A DNA stretch of 63,655 bases, the filler included, from Craspedostauros australis (lineage: Eukaryota), in assembly GCA_030167865.1 (NCBI GenBank). It is 14 parts of 14 records of this genome, joined end to end, with 100 filler letters (N's around TTAATTAATTAA, not from the genome) between each part and the next. Parts side by side here need not be neighbours in the genome. Positions count along the whole stretch, not along the records: positions 1 to 26,378 come from JALAGF010005733.1; 13 more parts are not named here. One strand, given 5' to 3'. The notes beneath the pieces were generated by a model. It was not told where the DNA came from. It saw only the letters and a list, made by a program, of their open reading frames with translations, and did not search any database. The first letter of the stretch is position 1. Each line of letters begins with the position of its first letter. Positions 1 through 11,987 of the stretch are shown here, piece by piece. A program made the position numbers and the translations under genes.

Positions 1-347
1 GTAGGCGTTGGGGTCAAAAGTTTGAATAACTGATTTCGATTTGTTTATCGCCCAATTATTGGGCGATAGGTCGTAAAGGGATAGAATAATATGTTCAATC
101 TCTGTGCTTCAGTCTCGACTTCGCTATTCACATCCTGCATACCCGTACATATAATAGCTGTTGGGGAGACTACCCGTATGGTATGTCGCTACCCAACTCC
201 ATGACCAAAGCTCTGCGTGTACTCCATTCTAAACTGCTGCTTAGCACAGTAGTATCATTAACATGGCAAGGACGCATCCTAAGTTGGTTCAGAGCCCTTT
301 CTTCGTGCAATATCTTCCCCATATTGTCGTCAAGGTTGCTTGTCCGC

Positions 348-2027
348 CTACTTCGAAGGTCTCGCCTTCCACACGAAGTCCAGCTGATTCAGCTTTTTGA
401 TGCGTTCTTCGCTGATGTTGCTGGGTTGATTCTGGCTGAGCTTTTTGTACTGCCGCCGCTGGCACTTCACCCAGATTGCGAGCTTCGGGTTCTCACCGTA
501 CGTGGAGGGTACGTTGCTGTGCCCGTGCAGTTCTCGGAATTCCTTGAGCTCGTTCAATCGAGTCTCCCACTGAGATGTCAGCGTGTCCCATACGAATCCG
601 ATGTCGTTGAGCACTGCGATGCGCTCCGTTGTCATAGTCGATTGCTTGCCTTCGTTGAGGAGCTTGAACTGGTATCTCTGACGCTTCACCCAACGAAAGA
701 GCGTTGGGTGCCTGGCGTAAGTGTTGGGCACCAAGCAATGACCGTAGGTGTCGCGAAATTGGATGAGCTCCTCGTACCTTGCCTTCCATTGTTCGGATTG
801 GAAGACACGGAAGCGCCCAGGCGATGTCGGTGACATAGTTGAACCATCAGGGCCACCGTCCGAGGCCGCGTTGTCTTCACCTTTGATCTTCTTCTGCGGC
901 GACTGTGGCTCAGGTTGTTCCAGCATCGTGTCGGGATCATCATCGAGCTTCCTTTTGGCATACGGGCGCGCTCCTGACTGGGATGCGTTCGCCATATTGG
1001 TAGTCATCGATGCTTGGATGTGCACGTCTAAATTTGACGGTGTAGGTGTTGGAGCTAGCACCGAGATCAATGACACAGGTGGCAATGTGAGTGATGGTAG
1101 TTGCGGAACGGACAGAACTTCGGCGAGGGATGATCCGACGTCCAAGGCTGACGGAAATGGAGCGAAGCTGGCATTGATGCTTTCGCTTGCGATGTCGAGG
1201 CTGCTCCGTCGGGTGACATTGGCGGAACGGCGAACGGCTCTACTAGTCGGCATGGGATCCTCGTTGTGGATGCCGCCCTTGCCCTTGCCATTGCCATTGC
1301 CATTGCGATTGTCACCATTGTCGTTGCGGTTCCTTCCTTGTTCATCGAAGATGTCTGAACCTATGGATCCCAGTGAGTGATCATCAGAGGTATCTGGAAG
1401 ACCTTCCAACTCGTCGATGATCGGAGACGGCGGTGATGGTTTTGTCGTTGCTGTTAACGTGGTGACTTGGCTGTGCAAGCTCTTTGGGACGTCTGGAGCC
1501 ATCGGCTTTGCATCGTAGAACGGGTCGGCCAATCTCCTCCGTCCTGCCGGGGCCTTTTGTTGTTGCTGAGCATTCACATGTTGGTGGTGGTGGTGGCTTT
1601 GGTTGATATTTTTGAGGCCCCCGATCATGGTCCTCGTCACCATGTTCGACAAATGGCCGTGGCCGCCATGTCCAGCGGCGCCTGACTTTGGGAGAGGAAC
1701 TGAGGATAGGGACAACGCAAACGCCATTGAAGGAGGCATGGATTCAAGCTTCTGTTGCCATGACTCCGGTCGATGTGGGCCTTGTTGGGTGTCTGATGGT
1801 GTTGCTTCCTTTGCCGTTTTCGTCTTCGTCTTCGTCTGCGAGATGTAGGGCGCACCATGCTTGGGCCTTCTGTTGCCACTGTCGCCGTTGCTATTGTTGT
1901 TGCTGCTGCCACGAGTACTCGCACCATCCTTGACGCGGTCGTTCGCATGCTCGATGAGGTTGTGGTTCATGATGTCCTCTGTGTGCTGAAGGATGGAACA
2001 GAGATCGGGCACTGGGCTGATGAACAT
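348..2027 (-). CDS. Helicase-associated (HA) domain protein: two C-terminal HA repeats after a long disordered N-terminus
   Basis: Intact 559-aa ORF ending in two tandem HA motifs (QWKARYEELIQFRDTYGHCLVP..LFRWVKRQR..ERIAVLNDIGFVW; QWETRLNELKEFRELHGHSNVP..LAIWVKCQR..ERIKKLNQLDFVW). No helicase core. The start may be the later ATG (MNHNL, ~1970). Confidence 0.9.
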   Translation of the reverse strand: MFISPVPDLCSILQHTEDIMNHNLIEHANDRVKDGASTRGSSNNNSNGDSGNRRPKHGAPYISQTKTKTKTAKEATPSDTQQGPHRPESWQQKLESMPPSMAFALSLSSVPLPKSGAAGHGGHGHLSNMVTRTMIGGLKNINQSHHHHQHVNAQQQQKAPAGRRRLADPFYDAKPMAPDVPKSLHSQVTTLTATTKPSPPSPIIDELEGLPDTSDDHSLGSIGSDIFDEQGRNRNDNGDNRNGNGNGKGKGGIHNEDPMPTSRAVRRSANVTRRSSLDIASESINASFAPFPSALDVGSSLAEVLSVPQLPSLTLPPVSLISVLAPTPTPSNLDVHIQASMTTNMANASQSGARPYAKRKLDDDPDTMLEQPEPQSPQKKIKGEDNAASDGGPDGSTMSPTSPGRFRVFQSEQWKARYEELIQFRDTYGHCLVPNTYARHPTLFRWVKRQRYQFKLLNEGKQSTMTTERIAVLNDIGFVWDTLTSQWETRLNELKEFRELHGHSNVPSTYGENPKLAIWVKCQRRQYKKLSQNQPSNISEERIKKLNQLDFVWKARPSK

Positions 2028-4020
2028 GCTTGGCCTTGTCGTTGTTGCGCTGCAAGGGTGTTGCTGTCACCCTTTTTGTGCGGATACGGATGTCAAATGT
2101 TTGGCGAAGTTGGTGAACTTGGGGTGATGGAGAGCAATGAGCGATCCTCTTGGTCTTGGCCGTTTGAGTGACTCAATGGATTGTTTGGTGGAATATTCAA
2201 TGAAGGAGGGTGTGTGTTCGATAGGTGATTGTGTCGCAAGGGTGCTTGTCGCGGAGGGTTTGCTGTTTGGTTGCTTTTTGTTCGGTGATGCGATTTATGA
2301 GTTGTTGCTTCGTTTGTTTCTTTCATGTGTTGTTGTGTTTTCTCTTCCCCCTGTTTGTGAAGCAGTTTGTGCGAGTCCGTGGGAGGCGACGTCACGTGCG
2401 AATGATTGTGGCGACAGACAAAGGATCATCCGCTTTGTGGAAACAGGATCACTGGGTCGTCAGCGCTCTTGGGCCTGTGGTTGCGATGAAAAGAAGAGCC
2501 AAGGATTCAAACAGGAGCTGTTTGTTCTCGCATCTGTGGGCTACTGTACTCGTACCATGCCACGCTGTGCCATGCCGTGCCACCACCAAACTCGCGCAGA
2601 TGCTGCGGAAAGGTACAAGCAATGTGGCGAATTTTGTCTCACCAGTACTAATACCCCCCTTTGAGACTCAGAGCACGACCACAGAGCACAAAGGAACAAA
2701 ACGGGCAAACCAAGAGAAAGAAAGTTGTGACAGCAACCCCGAAACCAAGACGCTGGCGATTTCTTAGAGGCAATTTGGCCCATAGCACTAGGGACACAAG
2801 ACAATTACTCTGCCCGTGACCCCAATCCCAGTAGGGCAGTAACAAGGTGCCGTGTTGACGAATGAGCGCTTTTGGTCCTTCAAACGCGAAGGTCATTGGC
2901 ACTTTCCGACGCTGGCTGTTGAAGTGATCAGGCCTGAAGGATAAAAAGTCTCGGCCTGTGGTAGTGTTGTGCCTGTTCGTCATTCCACGCGCTATTGCTT
3001 GTGCCATTCTCACCTCCACTAACGGTGCGGTATCTGCTGTTGTGACGCAGCAAAGACGAGCACGGTTTGGACGATGCGGCGACGATCTGGTCCTTGGGGC
3101 AACACAGACACTCTCTTTTCAGCCACAACATGACCTAACGCACAATGCAGCGTGATAATCTCCTCTCCAGTAACCCACCACACCACACCACACCATGCCG
3201 TGCTATGCCATGGCCATGCATGCAGGCATAGAGCACACGAGCGAAACCGCAATGCCGATGAAGTACTGTGCTCGCATCTGTGCGAGTTATGCATGTTTCA
3301 TGAGCGGCAACCATTTGCTGAGCAGTCTGTTGTACGAGCTAATCGTGATGAAGGCTGAGTGAGTTTCCCACCGCACCGTTTCTTCAATGTTTGTGTACTC
3401 TCGAGTGGATGAGAGTACGGAGTAGTATGGAATAGTATGGAATAGTGGAGGAGTTTGTGTTCGTCACCACGCTCCTTGTGTGCTTTTGTCATGGAGTTGG
3501 CGTGGTCACGACTACGAGACAGAGATCTCCTAACCATCCTTTCCCTGTTTCTCTGCTCACTTTCTCCCTCTCTCTCTCTGGAGCGTTGCGCTTGTCATGA
3601 CTTTTCCCTTGGGGAAAGCGCGCGGCTTCCCAAGAGATAGACGAACAGGCACGATCAGGGCAGAGCCATCCCTTCTCCTCTTTGGCCTCGTCAGCAAACA
3701 CATCTTCTACCTTCGTGTGTCCTCTCCTTGTGAACGCCCTGGGAAAACTCGGTTCCTCTGCCCGAGGTTAGTTGATGCGTTCCCTTGCGAAATGCGCCTT
3801 TTGCTCTGTTGGCGCGTTCTCTTTCTCTCGCCAGCGTGCTTCGCCTTTTTCATCGTTTGTGGACGCCAACCTGGTGCCTCTGCCAGAGCGAATGGCAGAG
3901 CAGGCAGCCGAGCACATCCATAACAGAACCTGGGAGGACAACAGGGCACGGCAGGGCAATCGTCCCGTGTTAATGCAGCACGCGACCATTGGACGCAACG
4001 TGATGGCGTTGGCGCACGCT

Positions 4021-4071
4021 ACTAACACTGCCACTAACACTCCCACTAACACTGCCACTAACACTGGCACT
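4021..4071 (+). repeat. 12-bp tandem minisatellite (ACTAACACTGCC-like) x~4
   Basis: actaacactgcc actaacactccc actaacactgcc actaacactggc act read directly. Confidence 0.85.
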
Positions 4072-7000
4072 ACCACAATCGTGATCCATGGATACGATGT
4101 CCGCGGTTTGTTCAAACGATGGCAAAACTTCCCAAGCGTGTTGTGATTCGGGTTTGTTGTGGCAATGGTACCTCAGGGAAGGAAACCGAGGTGGCAACGG
4201 AGGCCTGTTTGTCTCAGTTGTGACTTTCATAAATTCCAGACACAGATGGTGTGGGCGCTCGTCGGAGTGTGTCGTGGTCGCTGGCTCTTTGATCGGTCGC
4301 CCCGACATCTCTCCGCACTCGTACCGTAATCTTCCGTCGTATTATATGTAGAGCATGGTCGATGATTGGAGACTGCGCTGTCTACACCTCGTGCACAACC
4401 GATGCCTGATGCCTGGCGTCTCGCACACTGTCAATCTCCAAATGAAGCGCACACTAATATTATAATTCGTTCAGCGTTTCTCATTGCATCTTGTTGCGCT
4501 CAGGCATGATTGCCAGTCTCAACCACGAGCAGAGGAAGGCAGTCAGATCTGGCTCGTGCTTTAAGTCAAGATCAAAACGATGGTGTATAGTAGCTCTCTA
4601 TTGTGCCATGTAAAATGCGCATGTGGCACTATGGAATTTCGAGGCGGAATAGCATCGAGAGATGGAAGAGGGCAACATACAAGCCATCCTCATCCATAGA
4701 GACCCGCGCTCGGCAAAGTCTCGACACTCAAGGAATAGAACAATCGTGCCCAGACTTGTGCCCATTCCATGTGATCTGTTGTTGGCCTGATACTGACGCA
4801 AAGGAGAGCACCACCAACGCCCAGCGAAGTTCTGCGATTCCGAGGAAGCACAGGAAGTCAGACTTCTGACCGGTTCTCCGATCCACCAAGGGTCAACCCT
4901 CGCGTAGCGCAGGGACGAGGATGACATCGCCATGGCCCGCACGTGCCAACCGGCGCCGACCAAGAAAGGTGACGATTTCGACAGAGCACAGGACAACCGG
5001 ACAAGAGGAGGGGGGACCACAGAAATACCAGCGCGGCTCTGATCCCTGAGTTTCGATCACGATTGATAATCTCAAGAGAACAGACCAGTTCGTCCCAAGA
5101 AGGGAGGTGCAGGCTGGAAACGTTTGCACGAGCCAGAGCAGGTCATCATCTGCCAGAGAGGAGATCAAAATGGCCGGCGCGAATGCGCGCCATTGGGACA
5201 TACGAGCAAATCCATACTCGATCACCGCTCGCGCGAGGTATCTGGCCATGTAACCGGTAGAATACCATTCTTTTCTCGGTGGTGTAGTTGGTTGTGGTGG
5301 TGTATTTCCCTGTACATAACGCCAACACAACCACCCGAGTACCCAAAAGGAAGAGACAGAGAAAACCAAATAGGACCATGGAACGAGCGGACATCACTGA
5401 ATGATGCAGCTCACAAAATCAGAGCAGCGCACTTCCCATCAAATGCCGATAGGCGAAACACGAGCTCGTGCGTATTGGTACGGAGCATCAAGCATGCCTA
5501 TATTACTTTCGAGGACGCAGGTCGTACTCGTACTCTAGTATAATATGATACGAGCTGTGCTGACAACCCCCTGACCGCATCGGCTCTCCGATTTTTCATG
5601 GTGACACCAACAGGTGCTCCAACCATGAAAACGATGTTGCGCAACCTGTGGCGAGCACAGTTCCTCCTCAGATCATGGCGCGCCCACTGATTGATCCAAC
5701 ACACACAGCAAAAGAGTGGGGATCATACCTCTCGCTCTCTACCCGTAGAGGCTACATGGATATACGGATAGATCAGGACCAGTATTGCTTGTGCTGCAAA
5801 TCGTGGGCAGGTGCAAGTACACAGCTGTCCTCCCCTGCCCAAGGGCGAACATGAGAGTAGTGCAATATTGTGCGGAACTACTCTACCACTGTAGTCAATC
5901 GTCGCACAGCGCGGTACGGTTTCAACCCAACACCAATCTACTCCGGGAGTATCCATCCGCGCAACCTATTACATTACACTCCATTAGTTCGCAGAGTAGA
6001 GTATTGCAGAGCGACGCTCTCGAGAGCAAGCGCTGGACCCATGCTTACCGAGTTTCCTGATCGTGGCAGAGCTGAACTATTATTATATTTGAAACGCCGA
6101 AGCACTCCCAAAAGATGTGACCCTCAGAGTAGGTTGGAGCAGGGTGGGTCTCCAAATCTACAAAGGCACCTACGATTACACGTTTGGTAGGAGTACAATA
6201 GATACGACTATGTCCACGACGTCTCCATCACCGCCTCCACGAACGTTTGGGCGCTCGCAGTTCCCCATCTCGTCGACACACCATAATCTAATTGCTGGTC
6301 TCCGTGTTGTTGTTGTCGTCGTCACAAACCACCACAAGATTCGGAGAATCCGGTACCTTTCATTGCCAACCTCTCCTCCCAAAGTCCATGGTCGAACCAG
6401 ATGGAAACAGGCGGTTTGTTCCCACTGTTTGCACACAGCGGAGTATGATACGCACTCCTGCGATCATAGGCAATTCGTCTCGACGAAGTTGCAGAAACGG
6501 GAACGGCAACGCCAGAAACCTACTTTGGAGGACAGTGTTGCACTATACTCCATGTACGAGCATGTATTGACGAGGGAGCAATCGTTTTTCAGGTCATCAC
6601 CAAGATTGGATTGTCATTGGACAGGTGAACGGCACGTACGTACCAATGCTCGTACTACTCGTAGTAGTAGGATGACAACAAGACCTGACATTGCCACACC
6701 AGCAGCCCAACGGCGTACACTTGCATAACGTTCGTCTACTTGCGCTTGCGTTGCACAAAATAGTACTCCCCCTATGAAGGGTGGGGTGGGATCATTGCGT
6801 CTGTGGTTACGGGTGTGCACGGGTGCGGGTATGGTGCCTGTGCCATGTTTGGTATGGGAAGGCTCCGCACCACGCGATAGTGCATTCGCGCAAAGCAGCC
6901 CAAGCAGAGTTTGAGTTTTTGAGTAACAGATGTGCACAGAGTATGCACCCATGACACTCCAGAGAGAAATATTCATCCCCAAGCACCAGGGGATCGCGAC

Positions 7001-10000
7001 AAGAGCTTCAGTGGGTTGGATGCTGCTCGTGCGTCTCTGTGGCGGTTATCTTTATATTCGTCTCATCCGCCTCCATGATCTAATTTGATGGACAGGACAA
7101 TGGTGGAGAGGTGCAGAGGTCGAGAGAGAGAGAGAGCGAGTCACAGGTACGGAGGAGGGGTGCCGTAGTCTCTGTATCACAGCACAGCATGGCCAGCAGC
7201 TATTTGATTGCTTGATACCGTATGCGGCCTCAACAGCGTGGAAGAAGTGCGCGATCGGCATAACAGGCAATTTCGTTTCTTCACAGAGTACTCGTACCTC
7301 TCTGTAGTAGAGATGAAGGCAACGGCTGGCATGCGACTGCGAGGAAGCACAGATCGTGCCAGGCGCAGGGTACCCAAACGATGAAAGAACGAGTAGGATT
7401 TCCGAGAGGGGATGCTAATGGAGGTGAGCTCGCAATCCAGCTCTGGTCTTGTTCCAGCCTTCCACAACCATGACCATAGCAATAGCAGCCGCGTCGTAGA
7501 GAACACCCCGGACGATTTTGTACATGATCCTCGACCAACAAAAGCGCATCCATTGAGGAGAACAGTAAGAAGACGAATGAGAATGGGTTCGCAATGCAGC
7601 CAACAAGGGGTGATGGCTCAACTTTTCGCAAATGACGTATCTGGTGTTTGGGGAACACGCTGGTGAGAAAATGTACTCCAAAACTGGATGACGTCGCTTG
7701 TCTGGTCGAAGAATTAGATCAGTCGGTGATGGTGGGCAGAGGCGGAAACATCTGACCCATCCGCACATGTCCACACAAACGCAAGGTCCACGAATGCTGA
7801 GGAAGAGGAGGCTTGCATGTGGTAGCGGCGCGAACCGAGGGAACATGCAAACATTGGTGCTTGAGACGATGCGGTCTTATCGATTGTGCTCCACTTCAAC
7901 ATGGGCCCTCTTGTGCTCTTTGGGACTGGGCAAGGAGGATACTTGCCTGGGTTGGAGTCACCGCGCCACCATACGAGCTCTAACCGAGCGGTATCGAAGC
8001 AATGAATGGCGAGAGAAACCTTCCACCGAACACGAGGTGGAAGAAAGAACACTATCGCAAGAAGAGCTTGAGTTGGCGCAGACGGAAGTATCTGCACGAA
8101 TAGTCACCGAGTCACCATCGAATATGAGAATGGCCACTGAGCAGCGTGCCCTGTCCATACTCCAATTCAGCATCAGGTGTGCGTGCGTGCCTGTGATCTC
8201 CGTCGCAGTTCGGGCTCCGTCAGTCTGACGATTCTCTTCGGTTGGAGTGTTGGCACGAGGATTTGCAGCAGATGCACAAGATAATCGGTCAACTCGTATT
8301 AGCACTTGCGTCCGTCTCCCGCGGAGCAGTGGAAATGGTCACGAGGGACCAGGAGAGCTCATGTAGTCGTACGGCCTATGTGCATACTCATGTTCCTACT
8401 CCCGCTCCTATCGACTCACACGCTCCCACCTACTCGTACCTGCCAATCATGTATCTTTGCGCGGCTGAAAATGTATCAGTCGCACGCTCCTGCTCACTGA
8501 CTTGTTCACCGTCGACGAGACGAGAAGAGATCGTCATTCACTCTGGTGAATGATTTGTCGAATGCTTGCTTTTCACGCGCAGTGTCATTGAGAGCGTAGG
8601 TAAGCTCCTGGGCACAATCATCGAGACGAATCTTGATCTTGCCATTCCCACCGTCGTCCGACTGTCCACTCATCATCTATCATCATTCTCCGTGGCGCCA
8701 CGACGACAGTCGTCGCCAAGGCGTTCACTGCTCGTGCAATGAGTATCATCAGTGTTCCCAAGAAGAAAAGTAAGCACTTTCTGATGAAACTGGTGAGAGG
8801 CTGGATTGTGACAAACCTGAGATACCGCCGAATGGTGGCTTTTCGAAACCTGGTTCCAAACCAGACGTTGGTGCCGGGGCATTCATGCCAGCCCACAGTA
8901 CATGCGTCCATAGCGGAGGCAGATCCCATACATGTGCGCGTACTCGTTGGTACCATCAGCGACCATCTCGACAATCTTCGCTCGCCTTCTCCTTTCGCTA
9001 CGCATTTTACTTCCTTCTTCGACGATAGCTATGAACTGAAGTTAAGCTGGGAGGTTCGTTGTGAACTGGTCCATTTCTGTCTAGTTGCATCCATACGCCT
9101 TGTGAAGGTTTGCATCTGGCTCTGCATCTGCATCCCCCGTGTCCATGGTATCATCAGATGACATGTCAACTTGGAAAGCACCAGCTACCGAGATGGCCGT
9201 GGCCATAGATCTCTGCGTTGCCGCGTGATCCATCGTCCCAGCTCTTAGTACAGTACGAGCAACGTTTCATCCTTGCGAGTATCTGCTGGGGGTCCGCAAC
9301 CTTTCTGGTTGGATCCTCAGCAATCGCCACAACCGAGACATCCTTGATGATCCTTTGCGACCTTTTGGAGTTGCTGGGATGTGCGCTGATGGCTCTCGCT
9401 GCGCCAGTTCCCTCCCTCTGCCGTGATTTGCTGCCGTTTCTATTTGGGGGATAGACGTCGCCATCATTGTTGCTGTTTTGGGGGTGGGTGATGTGGAAAT
9501 GAGAACTGCACAAACCGAACAGAATTCGGGATCGTATCATGTTGATGCTGTATCCTTTGGATCACGGACACTGTCATTCACGAGTGTCAACAAGTTGTCA
9601 AGGATTTGGTGTCTGAAGCCAATAGGCACAACACGCAAAGCAGGAACCCATCAGCGCAACAGGAGCAGGCACGAGGTATGGAGTACATCGTGCTGCGTGT
9701 CGAGCCTCCTCGGCGATCGGTGATTGGTGATGCCAAGATGTGGATACTCCTCCCTTCTTTCTCTCTTTCTCTCTTTGCTTCGCTCTGATGCGTCCTGGCA
9801 TTTCTCCCTCTCTTGCCGTCTTGGCTCCGTCGCTCTCGGCGCGATGTGGTGTCATGAGTCGATGAGCGGGTGAAGCGGATGGCGTGCCAGGGAACAGCTG
9901 GTTTGCGTCACGTGTATGCACAAGGGTACGATCTATGCCATGTCGATCATGGTCACAACCAGCAACGGCAGCAGTAGTAGCAGCAAAGCTTCGACCCAGA

Positions 10001-10146
10001 CCCTCTTGCTCTCAGCACCCATTTCTTTCCACTCTTCTTGACATCGTCGGAAGCACCCCATCCATCCTTCGTCATCACAGCTGCAACATCACATCACATC
10101 GCAGAGTACGCATCCTCTCCCATTCTTCCCACGTGCAATATTCACA

Positions 10147-11392
10147 ATGAAGGCTTCGCTCGTGCTCGTCCTGATGCTCCCCGTCACTGAGGGATTCCTC
10201 TTTGGCACGAAGGCCGATAGCAAGAAATTCGTCGCGACGCCGGAGATCAACAAGCTGATGACTTCATATCAAGGCAAGAAGCTCGACATTCGATTGGTGG
10301 TTGGCGATCCGAAGGATGAATCCTCACCTGACCTGGCGCTTCAGCAGTTTGAGGTGGAGCTCCTCACAGCAGATGCTCTCGAATATCAGAGGCAAAACGA
10401 AAACGCAAGCAAAGGCAGCGAACGTCTGGCCTCAAAAGCAGGAACGACCACCAAACGAGGAATGAAGTCCCCAGTGGTGGCTCTGCCTGGAGCCAACGGT
10501 CCATTTCCCAGAACTTCCAGCGGCGCCAAGGCACTGAAAGTGCTGCGGGAGCCTTCCTTCGTCGGAATGGATGGTCTGCAACACGCTCATCTCGAACGTG
10601 GATGCTGGGAATTAATATGGCGCAAGGGCGACATTGCTGGCAACTTAATCTGTGGGTTCCAACTAACAGAAGAGGTACGTGACGTGGTGTTGTGTATGTC
10701 GAGCCCACTCTACTATTGTATGATATGATGTTGTGTCATGTTCACATGTGTTTGGCGATTCAAGCTTTGCGGTACAACCAAAGCAAACACTCTTTTAGAC
10801 AGGGTGATGCTATTTGAGCCAATGATCGAGAACGCGTCCATGTTGCAGAACAATACAAGTACAAGTACTCGTACTCATATTCCTGCACTCATCTCTTTGA
10901 TTCATCCTTCGTGGCATTCCATCAAATTACGTTGCATTGCATCACGTTGCTTCCAAAAAGCAGATCCAAAGAAACGAGAATGGCGCCAGCCTTCCCGCTG
11001 GCTGCCGGATTTACCTTTCCTTCCTCATGTGGACGGACGACAGGCTGAAGGAGCACCGTGACGTCACGGAAACAGCGGAGCGAAAAGCCAACGAACTGTT
11101 GCAAGAAAAGCTTGATGAAGTGGAGAAGATGGAACAATCAGTTATGCCATGGGACAAGGCCATGCACTTTCGTCGGGCGTTGACCGCTCACGAAAAACAT
11201 CTGCTGTACCATGATCAACACAAGTACTGCCTCTCAATGACTCCGGGCGATGGCGATCTCATCACCCTCCAACCGGGCCTGTCCATCATGAAGAAGGGGA
11301 ACGTCTGGATGAAAGACGATACCTCCCATGGCGACGAGCACAAATTCATCGGCGTCGCCCGTGTCAAGCCCTCCACCGCACTGGCGCCATGA
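10147..11392 (+). CDS. Two-exon hypothetical protein (~318 aa), probably plastid-targeted; exons 10147-10674 and 10964-11392
   Basis: GAG|GTACGT donor at 10675 and CAG acceptor at 10963 join ORFs 10147 and 10937 in phase 0 (..FQLTEE|IQRNENGASLPAG..). The N-terminus MKASLVLVLMLPVTEG-FLF is a signal peptide with Phe at +1 (ASAFAP-like). Confidence 0.75.
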
Positions 11393-11987
11393 TGGATGGG
11401 AATGGCATCGAGCAATCTGATGCTGGAGTGGGTACCAAATGATGCGGTCGCGCTGACATATGTATTGTAATGTGAGAGTATCTTATATTATACAATAAAA
11501 TGCAATGCTCAATACATGATATACTGCCACGTTACTTTGGAATGACGAGCTGCCATCATGGCACGGGGTACGAGTAGAAGCGTTGGGGAGGTTGCTGAAT
11601 GGCGAAAGCCAGAGCACCACATCACACAAACGTCAGAATTTGACAATTCGATGAAAAGGTATCCTTCCGACTAGTACGACCTCTGTTTGTTTTGGACAGC
11701 GGCAGCTGCGTTGACAACATCACGGCCTTCTCATTCGTTGCGATTTGACACGTTGGTGGTGGTTCCGTTTGTTCACCCTCTCTTGCGTGGATGAAGAACA
11801 CAGAAATGGAGAAGCATAGTCCACATGTCGCGCAGACAGAGACATGAACCGACGGAGGCAGAGAGGTGAAGATACAAGCATAACATTCTATTACTATGCA
11901 CGGATTATAATATAATATTGTAGGAGGCAATCGCAGCTCGCGAGCATCAACAAACAACGCTCTACCTACGCTACGCTGCAGCTGGCA

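Noticed and set aside
183..1380. Plus-strand ORFs 183-833 and 748-1380
   Set aside because: Antisense shadows of the HA-domain gene
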